Shown here piece after piece: positions 10,538 to 23,772 of a stretch of DNA of 64,000 nt. The position numbers and the translations under genes are program-made. The stretch is from Malacoraja senta (taxonomy: Eukaryota), in the NCBI GenBank assembly GCA_038087875.1, contig CM075997.1, positions 124,001-188,000 of the forward strand, written 5' to 3'. A model generated the notes under the pieces. The model ran no database searches. It worked only from the letters and a program-made list of their open reading frames with translations, and was not told the DNA's origin. Position 1 is the first letter of the stretch; each line of letters starts with the position of its first letter.

Positions 10538-13500
10538 AAATGGGACAGTGACGCTCTAGTAGGGGCCCTTTAGGTGAAAGTCGAGTATGTATTCCCTCCA
10601 CAGATGCTGCCTGACCAGCCGTGTTCCTCCAGCTCCTTGTGTTTTGTTCAAGGTTCCAGCATTTGCATTTTTACAAGAAACTCCAGAGATGCTGCTCGAC
10701 CCGCTGAGTTCCACCAACGCTCTTATTTATTGTGTTAATTGGACTACTGCTACCAGTCTGGAATTGAAACTTGACTGTTAGTAAATGATGTGGTATCTGG
10801 CTCGCTGTTAGTCAGGAGTTCGAGTGTGCCTCAGGTGGGGAGCAGGGCTTGCACATGCAGTCGGATCTGAAATGCCAAGCGGGCTGGAAAGTGAATAGGT
10901 TTGTCGCCAAGAGTCTTGGCTTATTGTGACAAGTTGAAATAATTCAAGATTAAACTCACCGGGAACCTGTAAACCTACTGGAAAATATATTGTACTACTG
11001 TGTAACGCCAAACAAAATGTGAAAAGTGTGCTGGGGTATTAAAGATAGACGCAAAGTGCTGGAGTAACAGTGGATCGGGCAACATATCCGGTAAAAAATG
11101 GACAGGTTGTAGCGGCACCAAACGTGGTGAATAAAGGTGAGACGTCAGGGGTCGACACGTTAGGTTGGTGCGCAAACTATATTAACATTGTTGCTGTAGC
11201 TGAGTGAGGTTGTTCTCTTGGGCTCAGCTACCAAGGTCTCGAGGTGAGATAACCTTAAGTACCAGGACACTCCCTCTAGCCCACGACGTCACCTACCCGC
11301 CCTCGTACCTCCTGATGAGGGTTCGACCATGAGTGGCCCGTGTATAGGCTGACGCCACAAGGTGAAGTTTTGGGTCGAGACCCGAAACATTACTCGCCCA
11401 TCCATTTCCTCCAGAGGAGAGGCCTGACCCGCTGGATTACCGCAACATTTTGCGTCCATCTTTGCTATAAACCAGCATCTGCAGTTTCCTTTTAATAATA
11501 TGAGTTGGAGTATTAATGGGAGTAACATTCAGTAAACCTAGACAATCTTCAAGTCAGTCCGGTGCCATAAAGTCCTGAGATTGCCAGATTATCAGAGTTT
11601 TTCTGTTTTGGGGAATGCCAGACACAAGTGCCATGTTCCACAAAAATTGTTAATCCAAGGCGCCATCTGCCGTGAGCAACAAAACAATGTACTGGAACAA
11701 CTCAGTAGGACAGGCAACATTTGTGGAGAGTAATGGCGGCAGTGATTTTACTTTCATAAGGTCATAAGTGATAGTAATAGAATTATGCCATTTGGCCATC
11801 ATGTCTACTCCATCATTCAAGCATAGCTGATCTAACTCTCCCTCCTATCCGCATTCTCCTGCCTTCTCCCCATAACATCGCAATCAATGTACCAACCAAG
11901 AATCTCCCTGTGATGGCGTGGGTTTTCTCCGGGTGCTCCGGTTTCTTCCCACACCCAAAACATACAGGTTTGTAGACTAATTGCTTGGTAAAATTGTAAA
12001 TTGTCACTAGTGTGCTGGGATAACATAGAACTAGTGTGATTGTTGAGGGTGGGCCGAAAGGCCTATTTCAATAGACAATAGGTGCAGGAGTAGGCCATTT
12101 GCCCTTCGAGCCTGATGGCTGATCATCCCCAATCAGTACCCCGTTCCTGCCTTCTCCCCATATCCCCTGACCGCTATTTTTAAGAGCCCTATCTAGCTCT
12201 CTCTTGAATGCTATCTCGCTCTCTCCCATGCTGTATCTCCAAAACTAATCTTATCAAGAGTTGGTGGGTATTGGAGAATGTGGGGAATGGATTGCAGAGG
12301 TATAGGAGAACGAGAGGGGTTGTGGGGGGGGGGGGGGGGGGGATAAGTGCATCCCTGGGATCAAACGCTGACCCAGTGGGCCAAATGGTCATCCATTTCT
12401 AACGCATTTGCCCATTTCCTTCCACAGATGTTATCTAACTAATTGAGTTACTCCAGCAGTTTGTTTTTCCTCAAGGTTCCAGCATCTGCAGCCTCATGTA
12501 TTATCAGGGTATCTCCCTGTGCAGTCACTGGTGTCTGTCATGCAATCTTGCAATAGATGGGTGTCTGATGATTCTAAACCAAGAGCAGGTTTATGTTGGA
12601 CTGATTGGAAAAGGTTGTATTTTAAAATTAATATTTGCTTATTGACCAGAGTTTTGTAAATAAATTGTTAATTGGAGAGACTTGAGGTTAATGTTTATGT
12701 GATTAAAATATATTTATATATAGGCAGTGGCCCTTTTATATTTTAAAAAAATAACCAAACACGCGTAGCACCAGAGACCCGGGTTCGATCCCGACTACGG
12801 GTGCTGTCTGTACGGGGTTTGTACGTTCTCCCCTCCGTGGGTTGTCTCCGAGATCTTCGGTTTCCTCCCACACCCCAAAGTTGTACAGGTTTGTAAGTTA
12901 ATTGGCTTGGTATAAATATTAAATTGTCCCTAGTGTTAATGTGCAGGGATCGCTGGTCAGTGTGCCGAAGGGCCCGTTTCCTCGCTGTATCTCTAACACT
13001 AAACTCGGATGATGTCAACCTCAGATCCATTTGCTGGAGCCATGATGAATTGAATACCCTGTTCTGTAAACTCTTCCCTCCCCATTGTTTAGTTTAGAGA
13101 TAGAATGTGGAAACCGGCCCTTCGGCCCACCGAGTCCGTGTCGACCAGCGATCCTCCAACACTAATTCTATCTTACACACTAGAATTTTACAGAAGCCAA
13201 ATTAACTTGCAAACCTGTACATCTTTGGACCTCTATACATGTCCTTCCTCATTTCATAAAACATAGGCTGGCGCATTTTCCACAGAGCTAAACCATGCAA
13301 CAGATCTTTAAGGTTTACACTTCAATTCAGGCTTATAATCTCTATGTTCTCGTATAAAAATCTATGTTCCATACCTTAGTTTAGTTTAGATATACAGCAT
13401 TGAAACAGGCCCTTCCGCCAACCGAGTCCATGCTGACCATCGATTACCCTTATCAGGATCCATCCCGGGTCTCTGGAGCTGTAAGGCAGCAGCTCTATCG

Positions 13501-14827
13501 CTGCAACTGCCACGGCTGTGCAGCACGGTGCTGCAAGGGAGGGGTGTGCCTGAATTTCAATTTAAGCCCCAGCAGTTGAGGGGCTGACGTGGGCTTGGGC
13601 AGGGTCTTGATTGCTCATCTCATTGATTGGTATAAAGTTGTCTTTCTCTTCCCAGCAGGGTGGTAGGAAGGGTGCAGTGATATTACTGCCTCAGTGCCAG
13701 AGATCTAGGTTTGATCCTGACTACGGGTGCTGTTTGTACATTCTCCTTGGTGACCTGTGTGGGTTTTCTCCGCGTACTCTGGTTTCCTCCCACTCTCCAA
13801 AGATGTACAGGTTTGTAGGTTTATTGCTTGGTAAAATTGACCCTTGTGTGTAGGACAGTGTTAATGTGCGGGGATTGCTGGTCAGCACGGAGTCAGTGGG
13901 CCGAAGGGCCACGCTGTATAAACTAAGGGTGGTTTGGCTATTGAGGGAGCTGTTCATCGTAACGCTCGGCTCTTTCCCGAGTTGTGCGTTTGAGCACCGG
14001 TTTCACAAGGAATGCACGATATTCACTGGTTAACTCGAGCGATGGCTGCAATACATTTTGGACACCAACAACTTCATACATGACATCTGGTTTTAATAAA
14101 ATCATTTGAAAAACAAAACACAAATTGGAAGCCTGGGCAGAAATGGCCAAGAAAGTATTCGACACAGTAATGTTCCCTCTACACTGACCCATCAAACACT
14201 CCTGGAGCAGGGATAGATATCAGTATCGTTATTGAGTAAATCACCCCCCCCCCCACACACAGGTCTGAAGAAGGGTCTCGACCCAAAACGTCATCCATTC
14301 CTACTCTCCAGAGATGCTGCCTGTCCGCTGAGTTACTCCAGCACTTTGTGTCTATCTTACAATTGGAAGATAATAAACCACCTTCAACCTATCCTGTAAC
14401 TTGGGCAACAGCTTAAATCTGCATCAAGCCCCGTGCCTGGGCTTCAGCGTGAGTCAGCAGAGGTAGTTGAGCGTGTGGGAGGCCCCGATTCTAGGCAAGG
14501 GTTGCCCCCACCAAGATAGCTTGCAATAATTCCCCACTGATCTCGGTGTCCTAGCCAGATGTTAACAACACACACATCAGAGATCCAATGCTAAACGAGA
14601 GGGAGTTTCCTTCAACGTACCCAAGACGATAACGCAGAGGTGAACTCAGTCACGAAAAGGTAATTCGTCACCCGATTCATACGCTGGAATCCTGCAGTTC
14701 TAGGATTTATACAACATACAGGGGTTGGGTGGAGAGCCCCCCAAACTTGGCATCACCAAAACCCATTAGTCACAAGATGGCAGGAGGAAGTAGGACCCAG
14801 ATGCATCATTTGGAGTTCCAGTTGCAT

Positions 14828-17246
14828 TTAAACTTTATCCTTTTTCTTCTTCTTCTTGTGCCTGGTGTCTGACTCAGAGGGCATAGTTTCGTAGCTCTCA
14901 TCTTTGCCCCTCTTCTCCCGCTTCCTGTGCTTGTGGCCTGGTTCTGGCACCCGGCACCTCCAGCAGCTCTTTGCACTTCTTCTTTTTCTTTTTCCTGGAC
15001 TCGCCCGGAGTTCAGAATCGACTTCTTGGCCTCCAGGTTCGAGCTCCTCGACCGCCGCTTTCTCTTTCGCCCGCTTCTTCTTCTTGCCTCTCCGCGTCGG
15101 CTGTCGTTCCCGCGGGAACTGCCCGGGGGGGCCCACCCCGAAAGGCTGGAAGCGTTGCTTCAAGTCGTCGGGATGTTGGGAGCGGGGCTGGTGGGGATGC
15201 AGCGTGGCTCTGCGCTGCTGCATGCAGCCTCCCAGTTCTCATCGATGGTGATGCAGCCAGCAAAATCCGAGCAGCTCTCTGTCCGGCCCTCTGCATCTGT
15301 GGGAGGATCAGGCAGATGCCCTCTGCTCCACCCGGTGTGGCAAACACATTGTACACTTTGTCCTTACAAGTCTTTAGACTGGAGTGTCTGAAAACCAACC
15401 AAGGGGATCTTCTTTCCAGAGAAACTGAAACAGAACATCCACACATTAGACCCATTCAAACAGAGCAGTCTCTTGAAGTGAGACACAAAATGCTGGCATT
15501 CAAAGGATGCCGGGTGAACCAGTAATTAATTGCCTACATCTGGTTGTCCTTAACGCGGCGTGGTGCCTTCTTCAACTAGACACAAAGTGCTGGAGGAACT
15601 CAGCAGGACAGGCAGCATCTTTGGAGGGAATGGCATGACAGCATCAATGGAGAAAAGGAATAGGTAACGTTTCGGAGCGACACCCTTCATCGGATTCAGG
15701 TTTCGACCCAAAAGGTCACCTATTCCTTTTCATCAGAGATGCTGTCTGACCCGCTGAGTTACTCCAGCATTTTGTGGCTATCTTCGGTATAAACGAGCAT
15801 CTGCAGTTCCTTCTTTCAGCCTCTTGTTGCCGCAGTCAGTGGAGTCACAGGCGGACAGCACAGAAACAGGCCCTTCAGCCCCACCACCACCCCTCTGTTC
15901 CCCCTCTGGCCTACCCCTTTATTTCCACCCCCTGCCCAACTTCACCTCCCACCTCCCCTTCATATCCTACCCTCACCCTCCCACCATATACAGCTCCAAC
16001 CTCCCCCCTCAACCTACCCCACCCTCTCCTCCACTCTCCCACCCATCTCATCCCCCTCACCTACATGGCCCACCATCGGCCTTCACCCTCTAAACCCCCA
16101 ATACTTCACTCCCCTCATCCTTATCCCCACCCCTCTCCCTTCATCCATAACTCAACCCTATCCTCCCTCTCATCATCCCCAGCCCCAAATCCCCTCAACC
16201 CCCTTACATACACACCTCCACCTCCCTACAAACGCACCGCCACCCCCTCCTGCACTCACCCTCTCCCCATTATCCTTCACCTCCCATATTCCCCTCCTCT
16301 CTCCCTCTATCCTCACTCCCATATTCCTCCTCTCACACTCACTCTCCCCCCCACATTTCACCCCCTCACCTCCAATCCCTCGTTACTCCCTCCTTCATCC
16401 TCCCCCCTCACTACGTTTCACTTCCTTATCCCCTCACCCTACTTGTCCTCTCTCCTCACCCCCCATCTCTCACTCCACACTACATTACCTATCTCACTCC
16501 ATTCACCTCCCCACTCCCGCTCACCTCCACCCTCCCTCCCCCTTCCTCACCCCCCCTCCTCCATCACTCCCCTCCCCCCTCCTCCATCACTCCCCTCTCC
16601 CCCCTCCTCCATCACTCCCTCTCCCTCCCCTCCTCCTCCATCACTCCCCGCTCCTCCATTACTCCCCCCTCCTCCATCACTCCCCTCTCCCTCCCGTCAC
16701 CCCCCTCCTCCATCACTCCCTCTCCCTCCCCCCTCCTCCATCACTCCCCCCTCCTCCATCACTCCCCTCTCCCCCTCCTCCATCACTCCCCTCTCCCTCC
16801 CCCCTCCTCCATCACTCCCCCCTCCTCCATCACTCCCCTCTCCCTCCCGTCACCCCTCCTCCATCACTCCCCTCTCCCTCCCCCCTCCTCCATCTCCCCC
16901 CTCCTCCATCACTCCCCCTCTCCCCCTCCTCCATCACTCCCCTCTCCCTCCCCCCTCCTCCATCACTCCCCCCTCCTCCTCACTCCCTCTCCCCCCCTCC
17001 TCCATCACCCCCCTCCCCATCCCCACCCCCCTCCTCATCCCCCACCCCCCTCCTCCATCCCCCATCCCCCCCTCCATCACCTCCCCCACCCCTCCCTCCC
17101 CCATCCCCCATCCCCCCCACCCACCCGCGGGCGGTGAAGTCGGCGGGGGCGCGGATCAGCCACAGACGAGCGACCGTTTCGCGGGTCCCGGGCGGCGCCC
17201 CGCGCGGGGTAGGCACAAACTCGGGGGGCGCCTGGAAACCGCGCAT
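14828..17246 (-). pseudogene. POLR1G: POLR1G/CD3EAP copy 1 (exons 17246-17125 and 15424-14828); five 1-nt indels versus copy 2, probably a low-quality redundant haplotype
   Basis: Same exons as copy 2; single-base indels near 14950, 15012, 15167, 15301, 15373 break the frame. Confidence 0.75.
15880..17124. repeat. C/T-rich low-complexity tract (CCTCCATCACTCCC-like units) in the POLR1G intron; equivalent at ~20900-22020
   Basis: Directly visible. Confidence 0.9.
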
Positions 17247-17268
17247 CGTCCCGCGCCCCGACCGTTGG

Positions 17269-17308
<40 letters not shown>

Positions 17309-17380
17309 TCAGTATGCTCAAAGATCCCCGCTCTCTGATCTTTGCTCTTGCTCTGGTATCTTTGGGCTCGTGGACGGGGC

Positions 17381-18010
17381 GCGTCACCACGCCGGGCGTC
17401 AGCGGGCGGAGCTCGTCACCACGCCGGCGTCGGCGGGCGGAGTACGTCAGCACGCCGGGCGTCAGCCGGCGATCTCGTCACCACGCCGGGCGTCAGCGGG
17501 CGGAGCTCGTCACCACGCCGGACATCAGCGGGCGCAGAATCGTCACCACGCCGGGCATCAGCGGGCGCAGATCGTCACCACGCCGGGCGTCAACGGGCGG
17601 AGCTAGTCACCATACCACCAAAGATTATATGTGTTAAAGAAGGAACTGCAGATGCTGGAAAATCGAAGGTACACAAAAATGCTGGAGAAACTCAGCGGGT
17701 GCAGCAGCATCTATGGTCTGAAGAAGGGTTTCGGCCCGAAACGTTGCCTATTTCCTTCGCTCCATAGATGCTGCTGCACCCGCTGAGTTTCTCCAACATT
17801 TTTGTGTACCAAAGATTATATAGCGGATTATATAGCTCCTCTAGTATCTTTGGTCACCACGCCGGGCGTCCAGCGGGCGGAGCTCGTCACCACGCCGGGC
17901 GTCAGCGGGCGGAGTACGTCACCACGCCGGGCGTCAACGGGCGGAGCTCGTCACCACGCCGGGCGTCAACGGGCGGAGTACGTCACCACGCCGGGCGTCA
18001 GCGGGCGGAC
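17381..18010. repeat. GC-rich ~31-32 bp minisatellite (CGTCACCACGCCGGGCGTCAGCGGGCGGAGCT) upstream of POLR1G; equivalent at ~22244-22550
   Basis: Directly visible tandem units, CpG-island-like. Confidence 0.9.
17631..17807. mobile_element. Penelope-type short insertion (inverted plus forward terminal repeat) with 14-bp TSD
   Basis: TSD ACCAAAGATTATAT at 17617-17630 and 17808-17821; empty site at 22413-22426 in the duplicate. Confidence 0.85.
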
Positions 18011-18196
18011 GCTCCGTCCGAGCCCAACGCCCCCCCGCCCACCCTTCCCAAGAAAGGGGGAGCGAAACTCAATAATCCATCCCACACTTCCACACATCGC
18101 TCTCAAACCCGCGCTCTGCATTCATCAAGCGTTACAATTGCTATCCATTATATGACTATCACAACTATGGACACTACAGCTCTTTAAAACCTTCTT

Positions 18197-18396
18197 NNNN
18201 NNNNNNNNNNNNNNNNNNNNNNNNNNNNNNNNNNNNNNNNNNNNNNNNNNNNNNNNNNNNNNNNNNNNNNNNNNNNNNNNNNNNNNNNNNNNNNNNNNNN
18301 NNNNNNNNNNNNNNNNNNNNNNNNNNNNNNNNNNNNNNNNNNNNNNNNNNNNNNNNNNNNNNNNNNNNNNNNNNNNNNNNNNNNNNNNNNNNNNNN
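18197..18396. other. Assembly gap (200 N)
   Basis: N run. Confidence 1.
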
Positions 18397-19844
18397 TCCA
18401 TACCTTAGTTTAGTTTAGATATACAGCATTGAAACAGGCCCTTCCGCCAACCGAGTCCATGCTGACCATCGATTACCCTTATCAGGATCCATCCCGGGTC
18501 TCTGGAGCTGTAAGGCAGCAGCTCTATCGCTGCAACTGCCACGGCTGTGCAGCACGGTGCTGCAAGGGAGGGGTGTGCCTGAATTTCAATTTAAGCCCCA
18601 GCAGTGTGAGGGGCTGACGTGGGCTTGGGCAGGGTCTTGATTGCTCATCTCATTGATTGGTATAAAGTTGTCTTTCTCTTCCCAGCAGGGTGGTAGGAAG
18701 GGTGCAGTGATATTACTGCCTCAGTGCCAGAGATCTAGGTTTGATCCTGACTACGGGTGCTGTTTGTACATTCTCCTTGTGACCTGTGTGGGTTTTCTCC
18801 GCGTACTCTGGTTTCCTCCCACTCTCCAAAGATGTACAGGTTTGTAGGTTAATTGGCTTGGTAAAATTGACCCTTGTGTGTAGGACAGTGTTAATGTGCG
18901 GGGATTGCTGGTCAGCACGGAGTCAGTGGGCCGAAGGGCCACGCTGTATAAACTAAGGGGTGGTTTGGCTATTGAGGGAGCTGTTCATCGTAACGCTCGG
19001 CTCTTTCCCGAGTTGTGCGTTTGAGCACCGGTTTCACAAGGAATGCACGATATTCACTGGTTAACTCGAGCGATGGCTGCAATACATTTTGGACACCAAC
19101 AACTTCATACATGACATCTGGTTTTTAATAAAATCATTTGAAAAACAAAACACAAATTGGAAGCCTGGGCAGAAATGGCCAAGAAAGTATTCGACACAGT
19201 AATGTTCCCTCTACACTGACCCATCAAACACTCCTGGAGCAGGGATAGATATCAGTATCGTTATTGAGTAAATCACCCCCCCCCCCACACACAGGTCTGA
19301 AGAAGGGTCTCGACCCAAAACGTCATCCATTCCTACTCTCCAGAGATGAGTTACTCCAGCACTTTGTGTCTATCTTACAATTGGAAGATAATAAACCCCT
19401 TCAACCTATCCTGTAACTTGGGCAACAGCTAAATCTGCATCAAGCCCCGTGCCTGGGCTTCAGCGTGAGTCAGCAGAGGTAGTTGAGAGCGTGGGAGGCC
19501 CCGATTCTAGGCAAGGGTTGCCCCCACCAAGATAGCTTGCAATAATTCCCCACTGATCTCGGTGTCCTAGCCAGATGTTAACAACACACACATCAGAGAT
19601 CCAATGCTAAACGAGAGGGAGTTTCCTTCAACGTACCCAAGACGATAACGCAGAGGTGAACTCAGTCACGAAAAGGTAATTCGTCACCCGATTCATACGC
19701 TGGAATCCTGCAGTTCTAGGATTTATACAACATACAGGGGTTGGGTGGAGAGCCCCCCAAACTTGGCATCACCAAAACCCATTAGTCACAAGATGGCAGG
19801 AGGAAGTAGGACCCAGATGCATCATTTGGAGTTCCAGTTGCCAT

Positions 19845-20442
19845 TTAAACTTTATCCTTTTTCTTCTTCTTCTTGTGCCTGGTGTCTGACTCAGAGGGCA
19901 TAGTTTCGTAGCTCTCATCTTTGCCCCTCTTCTCCCGCTTCCTGTGCTTGTGGCCTGGTTCTGGCACCGGCACCTCCAGCAGCTCTTTGCACTTCTTCTT
20001 TTTCTTTTTCCTGGACTCGCCCGGAGTTTCAGAATCGACTTCTTGGCCTCCAGGTTCGAGCTCCTCGACCGCCGCTTTCTCTTTCGCCCGCTTCTTCTTC
20101 TTGCCTCTCCGCGTCGGCTGTCGTTCCCGCGGGAACTGCCCGGGGGGGCCCACCCCGAAAGGCTGGAAGCGTTGCTTCAAGTCGGTCGGGATGTTGGGAG
20201 CGGGGCTGGTGGGGATGCAGCGTGGCTCTGCGCTGCTGCATGCAGCCTCCCAGTTCTCATCGATGGTGATGCAGCCAGCAAAATCCGAGCAGCTCTCTGT
20301 CCGGCCCTCTGCATCTGTGGGGAGGATCAGGCAGATGCCCTCTGCTCCACCCGGTGTGGCAAACACATTGTACACTTTGTCCTTACAAGTCTTAGACTGG
20401 AGTGTCTGAAAACCAACCAAGGGGATCTTCTTTCCAGAGAAA
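19845..20442 (-). CDS. POLR1G: RNA polymerase I subunit G (PAF49/RPA34/CD3EAP), coding exon 2
   Basis: Acceptor TGTTTCAG|T; FSGKKIPLVG...IPTSPAPNIPTDLKQRFQPFG (cf. human IPASPPPQIPPGLRPRFCAFG) followed by Lys-rich tail; intact frame to TAA. Confidence 0.88.
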
Positions 20443-22020
20443 CTGAAACAGAACATCCACACATTAGACCCATTCAAACAGAGCAGTCTCTTGAAGTGAG
20501 ACACAAAATGCTGGCATTCAAAGGATGCCGGGGTGAACCAGTATTTAATTGCCTACATCTGGTTGTCCTTAATGTGTGATGGCTTGATGGCTTCTTCAAC
20601 TAGACACAAAGTGCTGGAGGAACTCAGCAGGACAGGCAGCATCTTTGGAGGTAATGGCATGACAGCATCAATGGAGAAAAGGAATAGGTAACGTTTCGGA
20701 GCGAGACCCTTCATCGGATTCAGGTTTCGACCCAAAAGGTCACCTATTCCTTTTCATCAGAGATGCTGTCTGACCCGCTGAGTTACTCCAGCATTTTGTG
20801 GCTATCTTCAGTATAAACGAGCATCTGCAGTTCCTTCTTTCAGCCTCTTGTCGCCGCAGTCAGTGGAGTCACAGGCGGACAGCACAGAAACAGGCCCTTC
20901 AGCCCCACCACCGCCCCTCTGGCCTACCCCTTTATTTCCACCCCCTGCCCAAGTTCACCTCCCACCTCCCCTTCATATCCTACCCTCACCCTCCCACCAT
21001 ATACAGCTCCAACCTCTCCCCTCAACCTATGAACACCTCCACCTACCCCACCCTCTCCCACCCATCTCATCCCCCTCACCTACATGGCCCACCATCAGCC
21101 TTCACCCTCTAAACCCCCAATACGTCACTCCCCTCATCCTTATCCCCACCCCTCTCCCTTCATCCATAACTCAACCCTATCCTCCCTCTCATCATCCCCA
21201 GCCCCATATCCCCTCAACCCCCTTACATACACACCGCCACCCCCTCCTGCACTCACCCTCTCCCCATTATCCTTCACCTCCACATATTCCCCCTCCTCTC
21301 TCCCTCTATCCTCACTCCCATATTCCTCCTCTCACACATCACTCTCCCCCCACATTTCACCCCCTCACCTCCAATCCCTCGTTACTCCCTCCTTCATCCT
21401 CCCCCCCTCACGTTTCACTCCCTTATCCCCTCACCCTACTTGTCCTCTCTCCTCCTCACCTTCTCTCCCCCCTCCTCACCCTCACCCCCCCATCTCTCAC
21501 TCCACACTACATTACATATCTCACTCCATTCACCTCCCCACTCCCCCTCACCTCCACCCTCCCTCCCCCTTCACTCACCCCCCTCCTCCATCACTCCCCT
21601 CTCCCCCCTCTTCCCTCACCCCCCACCGCCCCTCCATCACTCCCCTCTACCCCCTCCACTCTCCCTCCCCTCAACTCTCCCTCACCTCACCCCCCTCCAC
21701 CCTCTCTTCCCTCACCCCCCCCTCCATCACTCTCCCCCCCCTCCATCACTCACGCCCCCCCCCTCCATCACTCACGCCCCCTCCTCCATCACTCCCCTCT
21801 CCCCCCCTCCATCACTCCCCCCTCCTCCATCACCCCCCTCCCCATCCCCCACCCCCCTCCTCATCCCCCACTCCCCCCCTCCATCACTCCCCCACCCCCC
21901 CTCCCCATCCCCCATCACACCCCCCTCCTCCATCACTCCCCTCTCCCCACCCCCATCACTCACTCCCCCCCTCCATCACTCCCCCACCCCCCCTCCCCCT
22001 CCCCATCCCCCCCCACCCAC

Positions 22021-22142
22021 CCGCGGGCGGTGAAGTCGGCGGGGGCGCGGATCAGCCACAGACGAGCGACCGTTTCGCGGGTCCCGGGCGGCGCCCCGCG
22101 CGGGGTAGGCACAAACTCGGGGGGCGCCTGGAAACCGCGCAT
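22021..22142 (-). CDS. POLR1G: POLR1G coding exon 1
   Basis: MRGFQAPPEF...LWLIRAPADFTAR (cf. human FSCPPNF...LWLIQAPADFAPE); donor GG|GTGGGT, phase 2 joins exon 2; 122+598=720 nt, 239 aa. Confidence 0.85.
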
Positions 22143-23772
22143 CGTCCCGCGCCCCGACCGTTGGCGTGCTCGTGCTCGTGCTCAAAGATCCCCGCTCTCT
22201 GATCTTTGCTCTTGCTCTGGTATCTTTGGGCTCGTGGACGGGGCGCGTCAGCACGCCGGGCGTCAGCGGGCGGAGCTCGTCACCACGCCGGGCATCAGCG
22301 GGCGCAGATCGTCACCACGCCGGACGTCAGCGGGCGGAGCGCGTCACCACGCCGGGCGTCAGCGGGCGGAGCGCGTCACCACGCCGGGCGTCAACGGGCG
22401 GAGCTAGTCACCACCAAAGATTATATAGCGGATTATATAGCTCCTCTAGTATCTTTGGTCACCACGCCGGGCGTCAGCGGGCGGAACTCGTCACCACGCC
22501 GGGCGTCAGCGGGCGGAGATCGTCACCACGCCGGGCGTCAGCGGGCGGACGCTCCGTCCGAGCCCAACGGCCCCCCGCCCACCCTTCCCAAGAAAGGGGG
22601 AGCGAAACTCAATAATCCATCCCACACTTCCACACATCGCTCTCAAACCCGCGCTCTGCATTCATCAAGCGTTACAATTGCTATCCATTATATGACTATC
22701 ACAACTATGGACACTACAGCTCTTTAAAACCTTCTTCACCAGTGCACAGTCCCTGGACTCCCCCCACCCTTCATCTTTAGTGGGAGATTCCAAGACAGGT
22801 CCACTGAAGCTGTAGGGGTGCGCAGATTCCCCTCCTGCAAATTCAGGGCCTGGTCAATGCTGTGGACACGCTGGATGCACTTGCGGAGTATGAATATTTA
22901 ACTTATTTAACTTAAGATGTTTTATTTTAGAATGGGGAAAAAATCAACGCACGCCTGTATATTCTGAAAAGCAGTATCCCCCTCTAATGTCGTGGTTAGG
23001 CCCTTAAAGGGAGGGAGTTCATTCAACATATTAACTTTGCCGACAGATATTGGCAAGGAGCAAGTGCAGGGGGCGCTGTTGAGTCAGGGTTGCCAGGGGA
23101 GATGCTTCTATACATCCTGATTTAATATAAACTCTGATTTAATATCAGTTCAAGGCAGTGTTATAGAGCAGAGAGGGATTTAGTGTAATGTAGTTTAGTT
23201 TATTCATGTTCATTAGTTCTAGGAGCAGAATTAGGCCATTCGGCCCATCAAGTCTACTCCGCCATTCAATCATGGCTGATCTATCTCTCCCTCCTAACCC
23301 CATTCTCCTGCCTTCTCCCCATAACCTCTGACGCCCGTACTAATCAATAGTCTAAGGTAGACACAAATGCTGGAGTAACTCAGCGGGACAGGCAGCATCT
23401 CTGGAGAGAAGGAATGGTTGACTTTTCGGGTCGAGACCCTTCTTCAGACTGAATCAAGAATCTTATCTATCTCTGCTTTAAAAATATCCAGTTCATTTCC
23501 ACACAATCTGAAGAAGGGTCTCGACCCAAAACGTCACCCATTCCTTCTCTCCAGAGATGCTGCCTGTCCCGCTGAGTTACTCCAGCATTTTGTGTCTATC
23601 CTGACTTGAAACATTGCCCGTCCATTCCCTCCGCCGGACGCTGCCTGCCCTACTGAGATTCCCTCAGCACTTTGTGTCTTGTTCAAGATCCCAGCATCTG
23701 CAGTTCATCGTGTCTACATCAAAGAGCCTCTGTGGTGAGTATGCACTCGCTCCCCATACACATCATATATCT

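Larger units (their letters stand above)
13368..18196 (+). repeat. Copy 1 of ~4.5 kb direct duplication flanking the assembly gap
   Basis: Colinear near-identical to 18397-22736; ends exactly at the gap. Confidence 0.95.
18397..22736 (+). repeat. Copy 2 of ~4.5 kb direct duplication
   Basis: Begins exactly at the gap with sequence matching 13368 onward. Confidence 0.95.

Noticed and set aside
16980..17453. N-terminal RA-repeat extension of POLR1G
   Set aside because: Arises from (GCTCGT)n and VNTR; frame differs in copy 2; ATG at 17246/22142 has adequate context
15774..17606. 610-aa Pro/Ser-rich ORF (and 519-aa ORF at 20848-22407)
   Set aside because: Stop-free low-complexity intron antisense to POLR1G; frames not conserved between the two copies
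18174..18401. Poly-X ORFs here and at 61717-62046
   Set aside because: Assembly gap artefacts
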